Assembly (NCBI GenBank): GCA_965117015.1
Contig: OZ220747.1
Location: 457,812 to 521,811, forward strand
Reading direction: 5' to 3'
Length of the DNA stretch: 64,000 nucleotides
DNA from: Acidimicrobiales bacterium
GTDB lineage: Bacteria; Actinomycetota; Acidimicrobiia; Acidimicrobiales; Aldehydirespiratoraceae
Shown: piece after piece, positions 42,279-49,530 of the stretch
Numbering within the stretch: position 1 is the stretch's first letter
How the letters are laid out: every line of letters begins with the position of its first letter
Position numbers and translations under genes: made by a program
Notes under the pieces: generated by a model
The model's database searches: none
Seen by the model: the letters and a program-made list of their open reading frames with translations, nothing else
What the model was told of the DNA's origin: nothing

Positions 42279-42518
42279 CTAGTGACCGTGCCCCGGTTGA
42301 CCCGGAGGATGGAACCCCGCCGGATGATCATGGCCCGGGGCGCCCGGAGGATGGAATCCCGCCGGTTCGGTGTCGTGGAGGGCGAACGCGGTGCCGGCAG
42401 CGGACAGCGACAGCGCCGTCACGGCCACAAGTCCGACGACCAAGTTCCGCAAGCGACGAGCCCACGGTTGAGTGCCCCGACGACTCGCCGGTTGTGCTGG
42501 TGTTTGCTTGATGACCAT
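42279..42518 (-). CDS. small secreted/membrane-anchored His-rich tandem-repeat peptide (79 aa)
   Basis: GGAGG precedes ATG 42518. Sequence: MVIKQTPAQPASRRGTQPWARRLRNLVVGLVAVTALSLSAAGTAFA-LHDTE-PAGFHPPGAPGHDH-PAGFHPPGQPGHGH. The underlying DNA repeat is at 42301-23 and 42343-65 (1 mismatch). Confidence 0.5.
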   Translation of the reverse strand: MVIKQTPAQPASRRGTQPWARRLRNLVVGLVAVTALSLSAAGTAFALHDTEPAGFHPPGAPGHDHPAGFHPPGQPGHGH

Positions 42519-42638
42519 GATGCCTCCGGTCCTGAGGACTGCTCCGTCCTCACCCCTTGAATGGCCCGTAGTGGCTGCCGCTTTCGGATGTTCTGCCGAG
42601 AATTGAGATGGAAATATCATTGGATATATTTCAAAATC

Positions 42639-43517
42639 ATGAACAGTGAGCTGCATGAGTTCTCAAAGGGCGGCTCTACAGCAGAGAGTTCTGCACGGGA
42701 GGCTCGGTACCTCCGCACCCTGAGCGGCCCCGGGATCGTGCGCCTGCACGGGCGGAGCGATGGAGGCGAACTGCTGCTCGAGAAGGCGGCCTGCTCTCTC
42801 GCCGATGTGCTTCATGAGCGGGGACGGCTTCCCGCCGAAGAGATCCGGGCCGTGGGCGCGGCAGCCGCGGCTGCGCTAGCTCGAGTGCACCAGGCCGATC
42901 TCGTGCATGGAGACGTCAAACCGGCCAACCTGCTGTTGAGCCGATCGGGTGAGCTGCTGCTGGCCGACTTCGACGCGGCCGCGCCAGCCGACGGCCGGAG
43001 GCTCTCCCGGTCCAGCCCCCCTCGGTCAGCCCCCGCTGCTGCGGCCCGACCGGCAACGGATATTCTCGCCCTCGCCATCACGCTGGTGGAGTTGTCGACC
43101 GGCGCGCTCATCGATCCCGGCGTTGTGTGGCGCGCCGGGGATCTGCGCAGACTCGGGTGCCCGCCCGGGCTGAGCGCTGAGATCTCCTTCATGCTCGGCC
43201 ACCAGGGCTCGACTCCGAGCGCTCAGAGCGTGGCCGAGATGTTCCAGCGGTGCGGCCGCGGCGCCCTGCCCGTGCCCGTGATCAACGCCCGGCGCGTCGA
43301 TCCCACGCCTACCGTGGAGTTCATGCCGGCGAGAGCCCGGACGCAGGCCGCGCCGTCACTGCCCGACTCGCTGCCCGGCTCGGCCGCAGCCAAGCCCGCA
43401 TCCCGGTGGTGGCGGCGTCTCGCCGCATCCTGGCGGTCCCGCGCCACGAGCCCTGCCGCCGCGGGCCGGTTCCCGGATCAGGCGTTGGGCAGTTCGCAGG
43501 CCAGCAGGTCGTCGTAG
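42639..43517 (+). CDS. protein-kinase-like protein lacking the N-lobe (pseudokinase or gene remnant)
   Basis: LVHGDVKPANLLL (HxD catalytic loop) and LADFD (DFG-like) are present. No Gly-rich loop or VAIK Lys after ATG 42639. The low-complexity tail overlaps lysA antisense. Confidence 0.5.
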   Translation: MNSELHEFSKGGSTAESSAREARYLRTLSGPGIVRLHGRSDGGELLLEKAACSLADVLHERGRLPAEEIRAVGAAAAAALARVHQADLVHGDVKPANLLLSRSGELLLADFDAAAPADGRRLSRSSPPRSAPAAAARPATDILALAITLVELSTGALIDPGVVWRAGDLRRLGCPPGLSAEISFMLGHQGSTPSAQSVAEMFQRCGRGALPVPVINARRVDPTPTVEFMPARARTQAAPSLPDSLPGSAAAKPASRWWRRLAASWRSRATSPAAAGRFPDQALGSSQASRSS

Positions 43518-44785
43518 GTCTCGCGGCGGACCACCAGGCGGGCTTCGCCACCGGCGGCGAAGACCACCGCGGGCCGCAGGACCTTGTTGTAGTTCGAGCC
43601 CATGGAGTGCCCGTAGGCGCCGGTGACGGGCGTGGCCAGGATGTCTCCCACCGCAATGTCGGAAGGCACGGCGGCGTCGCGCACCAGCGTGTCGCCGGAC
43701 TCGCAGTGCTTGCCCACCACGGTCACGACCCGGTCGCGGGGCGCATCGACAGCCCTGGGCAGGAACGCCTCGTAGCCGCTGCCGTACAGAACCGGCCGCG
43801 GGTTGTCGCTCATCCCGCCGTCGACGGCCGCGTAAGTCCGGACCCCCTCGATGACCTTGATGGTGCCCACCGTGTAGAGGGTTATCGCCGCGGCCGCCGC
43901 GATGGCGCGACCTGGCTCCGCGGTCACCCTCGCCGTTACGCCCGCCGACCGGCATGCCTCGCGCACCGCTTCGCCCCACTGGGCGATCGTCGGTGCCGAC
44001 TCGTCGGCCACGTACGGCACCCCGAGCCCCCCGCCGATGGAGATCTCATCCACATTGAAGGGCGCGGCCGCTTCTGCGATCACCGCCACCGCCCGCGCGA
44101 ACGAGGACGCCTCGAACACCTGGCTGCCTATGTGGGAGTGGACGCCGACGACCTCGACCGCGGCCGAGGCCCGGGCCCGCTCCATTGCGGCCGCAGCCGC
44201 GCCGGTAGACACGGTGAAGCCGAACTTGGAGTCATCGGCCCCCGTGACCAGGTACGTGTGGGTGTGGGCCTCCACCCCGGGAGTGAACCTGAGCAGCACC
44301 CTGGGACGCGCTCCGGTCTCGGCATGCAGAGCCTCGAGGCGGTCCAACTCGTCGAAGCTGTCCACCACGATGCGCCCGACGCCGGCCGCGACGGCCTCGC
44401 GCAGCTCGCCCATCGACTTGTTGTTGCCGTGCAGCACGAGGCGGTCCGCGGGCACGCCCGCAGCCAGCGCCACGTGCAGCTCGCCGCCGGTGGCCACATC
44501 GAGGCCCATCCCCTCCGAGTGCACGAGGCGAGCCATGGCGACGCACAGGAACGCCTTGGCTGCGTAGGCCACGTCCGGCCCGAACGCGGCCACCGCCTTG
44601 CGGCAGCGGCTGCGCAGGTGCTCCTCGTCGTAGACGAACAGGGGCGTCCCGTGGGTGTCGGCCAGCTCGAGCACGTCGCATCCCCCGATACTGAGCCGAC
44701 CCTGTGTCACGTCGTGGTTGTCGGGCAGCAGACGGCGGGGCAGCGGCGAGGCCTGGGCGGGTGAAGAAGCCTGCGCTCCGGCCAT
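43478..44785 (-). CDS. lysA: diaminopimelate decarboxylase
   Basis: 435 aa. Full-length PLP decarboxylase: YAAKAF (PLP Lys), GGGLGV, CESGD. Confidence 0.95.
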   Translation of the reverse strand: MAGAQASSPAQASPLPRRLLPDNHDVTQGRLSIGGCDVLELADTHGTPLFVYDEEHLRSRCRKAVAAFGPDVAYAAKAFLCVAMARLVHSEGMGLDVATGGELHVALAAGVPADRLVLHGNNKSMGELREAVAAGVGRIVVDSFDELDRLEALHAETGARPRVLLRFTPGVEAHTHTYLVTGADDSKFGFTVSTGAAAAAMERARASAAVEVVGVHSHIGSQVFEASSFARAVAVIAEAAAPFNVDEISIGGGLGVPYVADESAPTIAQWGEAVREACRSAGVTARVTAEPGRAIAAAAAITLYTVGTIKVIEGVRTYAAVDGGMSDNPRPVLYGSGYEAFLPRAVDAPRDRVVTVVGKHCESGDTLVRDAAVPSDIAVGDILATPVTGAYGHSMGSNYNKVLRPAVVFAAGGEARLVVRRETYDDLLACELPNA

Positions 44786-44789
44786 CGCG

Positions 44790-46399
44790 CTAGAGCCTCT
44801 CCGGGGCCGACACCCCGAGGATGCCCAGGGCCACGGCCAGGCCCACCCGGGCTCCCTCCACCAGCCACAGACGGGCCTGGCGCAGCTCCTCGCCCACGTC
44901 GTCGCGCAGGATGGGGCAATCGTGCCAGAACCGGTGGAAGGCGGCCGCCAGCTCGCGGGCCCAGCCAGTCACCTGGTGCGGGGCGCGGGCTCGGGTCGCG
45001 GCCAGCACCGTGTCGGGCAGGGACGCCAGGGCCCTCAGCACGTCCAGCTCACGCTCGTGCACGAGTACCGACAGATCACATCGTCGAGCGGTGCCCGTTG
45101 AACGTCGCGGGCCGCGGCCATCCGCCCCAACGAGTGGATGCGGGCGTGCGCGTACTGCACGTAGTAGACGGGGTTCTCGGCTGATTGGGCCGACACCACG
45201 TCGACGTCGATGGTCTGGGTGGTGTCGATGGACTGGAGCAGGTACACCAGCCGGGTCACGTCGGGCCCCACCTCGTCGAGCAGGTCCGCGACCAGCACCA
45301 TGTCGCCGGCCCGCTTGGACAGGCGTACCTCGGCCCCGCCCCGCCGCAGGGTGACGTTCTGGCCGATCAGTGTCTCGTAGGCGTCCGCCGGGTGGCCCAA
45401 CGCGCCCAGCGCGGCACGCATCCGGGGGACGTAGCCGTGGTGGTCGGCTCCAAGGATGTCGATGACCAGGTCGCCCCGAGAGAACTTCTCGTGGTGGTAG
45501 GCGATGTCGGGCAGGAAGTAGGTGGGCTCGCCGTCGCTCTTGACCAGCACCCGGTCGGCGCTGTCGCCGAACTCGCCGGTGCGGAGCCATACCGCGCCGT
45601 CCCGGGTGTAGACCATGGCCCGGCTGCGCAGCTCGTCGAGGACGCTGTCCATCGCGCCCCGGGCGACCAGCGCCGACTCGCTGGTGTACAGGTCGAAGTC
45701 GACGTTCATCGCGGCCATGGTCTCGACCTGGTCCCGGTGGGCGCGCTCCAGCCCCCACTGGCGCACCTCCGCGGCATCGGACATCTCGGCGGCCCATTCG
45801 GCCACGTACTCGCCGTGGTAACCGTCGTCGGCCGGCTCGGCGCCGCGGCTTCGAGCCTCGAGGGAGGCGGTGAACAGGTCGATCTGGCGGCCCCGATCAT
45901 TCACGTAGAACTCCCGGCACACCGCGTAGCCGCAGCGTTCCAGCAGCCGGCACAGCGAGTCTCCGTAGGCGGCCCAGCGTCCGTGGCCGGCATGCAGCGG
46001 TCCGGTGGGATTGGCCGACACGAACTCCACGCTCACCGAGCGTCCCGCCCCTGCGGTGCTGCGGGCGTAGCCGTCGACGCCGGCTTCGATCACCGCTCCG
46101 AGCACTTCGTGCAGCCAGCTCGGGGCCAGCCTGAAGTTCACGAAGCCGGGGCCGGCGGCCTCCACCGTCACCACGTGCGGGGGTGGCTCGGCGTTCAGCC
46201 GGGCGACGATCTGCTCGGCCAGCTCTCGGGGTGGACGCCCCGCGGCCTTGGCCGCGGCCAGGGCGACATTGGACGACCACTCACCGTGGGAGCGGTCCCG
46301 GGGACGCTCGATGGCGATCTCGGCGGGCGCGCCGTCGACGCCGGCTCCTTCGAGAGCCGAGCGCAGCCCGTCCCGCAAGCCGTCGCGCACATCCGGCAT
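44790..46399 (-). pseudogene. argS: arginine--tRNA ligase interrupted by an apparent 1-nt deletion near 45077
   Basis: The 45035-46399 frame encodes the N-terminal and catalytic parts (SANPTGPLHAGHGR) and then stops. The DALR anticodon-binding end (HERELDVLRAL...GILGVSAPERL) continues in the 44790-45797 frame. The junction reads GAT GTG ATC TGT where GAT GTG GAT CTG would restore one ORF. Confidence 0.85.
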
Positions 46400-46466
46400 C
46401 GACCGATCCTACCGGCGGGCCCCTGTCTCCTCGGTGAGCCGCGCGCCGCTAGCATGACCCGGCCCA

Positions 46467-46538
46467 GCCCCCGTAGCTCAGGGGATAGAGCATCGGCCTC
46501 CGGAGCCGTGTGCGCAGGTTCGAATCCTGCCGGGGGCG
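46467..46538 (+). tRNA. tRNA-Arg(CCG): tRNA-Arg (anticodon CCG)
   Basis: Hand-folded cloverleaf. 7-bp acceptor GCCCCCG/CGGGGGC, D arm GCTC-AGGGGATA-GAGC, anticodon loop CT-CCG-GA (46498-504), 4-nt variable loop, T arm GCAGG-TTCGAAT-CCTGC, discriminator G. No encoded CCA. One U-U mismatch at 27:43. Confidence 0.9.
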
Positions 46539-46539
46539 C

Positions 46540-47721
46540 ATGACCGTCACCGACGCCGCCCCTGCGCCGGCCAAGAAGCCCCGCTGGACCTACCAGTGGA
46601 AGGAACTCCACGACGAGGTCATCACCTCGGGGCTATGCACCGGCTGCGCGGGGTGCGTGATCGCCTGCCCCCACCACGTGATCGGCTACACCCACGAGCC
46701 CGGCGCCTACAAGCCGTTCCACCTCGAGGACGACGAGTACGGTCCTGGGGACTGCGTCCACGGGGTGAAGGGCTGCACCTCGTGCACGAGGGCCTGCCCC
46801 CGGTTCCGCATGTGGGAGCCCGAGGCCGACATGCACCTGTTCGGCCGGGAACGGGATCCTGACGAGATGTCGGGCATCTACTCCGACATCCTGCTGACCC
46901 GGGCCAGCGACGACTTCGTGTACGAGGTGGGCCAGGACGGCGGGCTGGTGTCGGCCATCCTGATCTGGTGCATGGAGAACGACATCATCGACGGGGCCCT
47001 CACCAGCGGGGTGGAGTCGCTGGCCAACGGGGAGCCGGGCTGGAAGGCGTTCCCGATGGTGGCCACCAACCGCGACGAGGTGCTGCGGGGCGCGGGCAGC
47101 CGCTACACCTACTCGGCCAACCCCATCGCCTTCGAGGAGGCCCGCGAGAAGGGCCTGGACCGCCTAGCGCTGGTGGGCATGAGCTGCCAGACGTCGGTGG
47201 GGCCGGTGATGTGGCACCGCAAAGTGGGCAAGGTCAGCAAGCCGATCAAGCTCAACATCGGCCTGCTGTGCTCGAAGTCCTTCGACGACTCGCTGTTCGA
47301 CGAGCTCTTCGAGGTGAAGTACGGGCTGCCCAAGGAGCGGATCTCGAAGATGAACATCAAGGGCGTCTTCCAGATCTGGACCAAGGACGGCGGCTACCAC
47401 GAGATCAACCTCAAGGAGTGCCACGCCTGGACCCGGGAGGGCTGCAACCTGTGCCCGGACTTCGCGGCCGAGCACGCCGACATCTCCACCGGCGGCATCG
47501 GAGACCTGACCGACTGGACCCTCACCATCGTGCGCACCGAGCTGGGCCGGGCCGTGATCGACGCCATGGTGCGCGACGGGGCGATCGAGACCCGTCCGGG
47601 CGACGACGACCCGGGCGCCATCGCGCTGATGCACCGCCTGTCGGCCAAGAGCCGGGAGCGCTGGCCCCACTGGGCCGACGGCGCGGCCCGCCTAGGCCTG
47701 CCCGAACGCAAGACGGCCTGA
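46540..47721 (+). CDS. coenzyme F420 hydrogenase/dehydrogenase beta-subunit (FrhB/FdhB/FpoF) family protein
   Basis: ATG 46540 inside the track ORF. SGLCTGCAGCVIACP and GCTSCTRACP Fe-S motifs, FrhB-like body (GGLVSAIL..., LVGMSCQ, CNLCPDF). Confidence 0.8.
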   Translation: MTVTDAAPAPAKKPRWTYQWKELHDEVITSGLCTGCAGCVIACPHHVIGYTHEPGAYKPFHLEDDEYGPGDCVHGVKGCTSCTRACPRFRMWEPEADMHLFGRERDPDEMSGIYSDILLTRASDDFVYEVGQDGGLVSAILIWCMENDIIDGALTSGVESLANGEPGWKAFPMVATNRDEVLRGAGSRYTYSANPIAFEEAREKGLDRLALVGMSCQTSVGPVMWHRKVGKVSKPIKLNIGLLCSKSFDDSLFDELFEVKYGLPKERISKMNIKGVFQIWTKDGGYHEINLKECHAWTREGCNLCPDFAAEHADISTGGIGDLTDWTLTIVRTELGRAVIDAMVRDGAIETRPGDDDPGAIALMHRLSAKSRERWPHWADGAARLGLPERKTA

Positions 47722-47753
47722 TACACAGACCTCCCAACCCCGAGGAGCCTGAC

Positions 47754-48368
47754 ATGGACATCGAGTTCTGGATCGACCCGCTTTGACCGTGGTGCTGGGT
47801 GACGGCCCGTTGGGTCGTCGACGAGGTGCAGCCGGCCAAGGATCTGAACATCACCTGGCAGCCGATCAGCCTGTTCTTCAAGAACGATCCCGACCCCGAC
47901 TCGGAGTACTACACGCACTCGTACTTCAGCTTGCGGCTGATGAGGGTGCTGGAGTCGGTGCGTGAAGCCGACGGCGACGACGCGGTGGGGCCCCTGTACT
48001 GGGAGTACGGCCGGCGCCTGCACCACGACGGTGTGCGCGAGTTCCCGGTGGCCGACGCGCTGGAGGCGGTCGGCTACGACACCTCCCACGGGGCCGCCTT
48101 CGATGACGATTCGTGGGATCCCGAGATCCGCAAGCGCATGGACGAGGGCCTGGCCCTGTGCGGCGACCAGGTCGGCACCCCGATGATCGCATTGAAGGAC
48201 CGCAACGGCGACAAGCAGGGCTACTTCGGCCCGGTAATCACCCGGGTGCCGCCCCCCGAGGACTCCCTGGCCATGTGGGACGCCCTGGTGGCCATGATGA
48301 ACGTGTCCGGCTTCTGGGAACTCAAACGCACCAGAACCGAACGCCCCGAATTCGGCCCCCGCCCCTAG
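47754..48368 (+). CDS. DsbA-family, Rv2466c-like thiol reductase with an in-frame TGA (47784-47786) at the first Cys of the CPWC motif: candidate selenoprotein, or disrupted gene
   Basis: GAGGAG (47742-47) then ATG 47754: MDIEFWIDPL-TGA-PWCWVTARWVVDEV... in frame with track ORF 47799-48368. C-terminus ...FWELKRTRTERPEFGPRP resembles Rv2466c (recalled). Confidence 0.7.
47801..47819 (+). promoter_or_regulatory. SECIS-like hairpin 14 nt downstream of the in-frame TGA
   Basis: GACGGCCC-GTT-GGGTCGTC: 8 bp including one G-U pair. The apical loop begins with GU. Confidence 0.3.
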
Positions 48369-48411
48369 TTCTTACGGCACCTTCGTTGCGCGAAACTCGT
48401 CTAAGGCCGGC

Positions 48412-49530
48412 CTATGGGCCGCAGAAGTGTGACCATACGGCCTCGGACCTGGCCGGGCCGATGCCTCTTACTGCTTCAAGCTCTGCGCGGCTGGAGAAGG
48501 GCTGGGCCGCGGCCAGCCGGGCGGAGAGCACCTCGCCGATGCCGGATACCGCGTCGTACTGGGCCTCGGTCTTGTTGGCAATCACGCACCGCTCCGCGAC
48601 GGCGGTAGTGGTGGTCGGCGACACCGTCGTGGTCGGCGACACCGTCGTGGTCGGCGACACCGTCGTGGTCGAAGTGTCCTGAGGCGCGGTCGAGACTTCG
48701 GGCGCCTGATCGCCACACCTGGCAAGCGTCGCACTGAGGGCATCCGCCTCGGCCCGGTCGACAGCAAGGCCCCACTCCGACTTGACCGCAACCGTGGTCA
48801 CCGCCAGGAAGCAGCGTCCCGCTGCAGTGACCGTGTACCCGCCGCCGCACGCCGACGACCGGGCGATGTCAGCGTCGGACCACTCGAAGATGTCGTCGGC
48901 ACCCTTGGACTGGTTCACGCAAGCCCGCGACGCCACGTGGTTGTCGGGGTCCTGACTGAACTGCCGCTTTGCGCTTGCGGGCCAGTCCCAGCCGCCCGAC
49001 TCATGGGCCTCGTGGAGCGCCACCACGTGGTCGACGTTGCAAGTGTCGATGGGAGTGCCGGTGTAGGGATCGGGAGAACCCACCGCTCCGCCGCACAATC
49101 CGCTGTTGTGCGGCCCCCAGTCATCACGGTCATAGCCCGAGCCGTACTCGGCCGCCACCGGCAGCACCACGTCGGGCACCGACACCTCAGGCACAGACAC
49201 CTCGGGAACCGCGGCCTCAGGCACAGACGTCGACGGAACCACTGCCTCAAGCACAGACGTTGTCGGCACAGACACCTCAGGCGCCGCGGCCTCAGGCACA
49301 GACGTCGACGGAACCACTGCCTCAAGCACAGACGTTGTCGGCACAGACACCTCAGTCGTCTCTGCCTCAGGCACAGACGTCGACGGAACCACTGCCTCAG
49401 GCGCCGACGTTGTCGACAGAGGGTCTGCGGCTGGTTGGGCGACTTCGGGAGAACCGCACGCCGCGGCGCCCGCCAATACAAGCACGGCTGCGAACCGGAC
49501 CGGCCGGCCAAACCGGCAACCAGCGATCAC
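48412..49530 (-). CDS. secreted lipoprotein: DUF1524/HNH-like nuclease domain plus C-terminal ComEA-type helix-hairpin-helix, with repeat-rich linkers
   Basis: GTG 49530 overlaps the stop of the upstream gene (GTGA). Lipobox LVLAGAAAC. YDRDDWG...DPYTGTPI...VDHVVALHEAHESGGWDW...VNQSKG. C-terminal VSGIGEVLSARL...LEAVRGIGPARSEAV. The rest of the 560-aa track ORF is an out-of-frame overlap. Confidence 0.75.
   Translation of the reverse strand: MIAGCRFGRPVRFAAVLVLAGAAACGSPEVAQPAADPLSTTSAPEAVVPSTSVPEAETTEVSVPTTSVLEAVVPSTSVPEAAAPEVSVPTTSVLEAVVPSTSVPEAAVPEVSVPEVSVPDVVLPVAAEYGSGYDRDDWGPHNSGLCGGAVGSPDPYTGTPIDTCNVDHVVALHEAHESGGWDWPASAKRQFSQDPDNHVASRACVNQSKGADDIFEWSDADIARSSACGGGYTVTAAGRCFLAVTTVAVKSEWGLAVDRAEADALSATLARCGDQAPEVSTAPQDTSTTTVSPTTTVSPTTTVSPTTTTAVAERCVIANKTEAQYDAVSGIGEVLSARLAAAQPFSSRAELEAVRGIGPARSEAVWSHFCGP
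48613..48666 (-). repeat. 18-bp in-frame tandem repeat x3 (TTVSPT)
   Basis: GGTCGGCGACACCGTCGT repeated three times, read directly. Confidence 0.85.
49215..49410 (-). repeat. 75-bp in-frame tandem repeat (about 2.6 copies), encoding the V/P/S/T/E-rich linker
   Basis: Units at 49215-49289 and 49290-49364 are near-identical, plus a partial third copy. Confidence 0.85.

Noticed and set aside
42561-42638. Track start (42561) for the kinase-like ORF
   Set aside because: The first 26 codons lie in the AT-rich promoter-like spacer and are non-kinase sequence (MARSGCRFRMFCRELRWKYHWIYFKI). ATG 42639 is preferred.
47784-47801. Simple reading: a 10-codon upstream ORF stops at TGA and the reductase starts at GTG 47799
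   Set aside because: This reading is not excluded but is disfavoured. The GTG has no SD, while ATG 47754 has GAGGAG. The 10 upstream codons plus PWCW reconstruct the conserved beta1-CPWC region of the family exactly, in frame.
48613-49410. Tandem repeats that could be mistaken for a CRISPR array
   Set aside because: The units are contiguous, without spacers, and in frame. They encode TTVSPT and V/P/S/T/E-rich linkers of the secreted nuclease.
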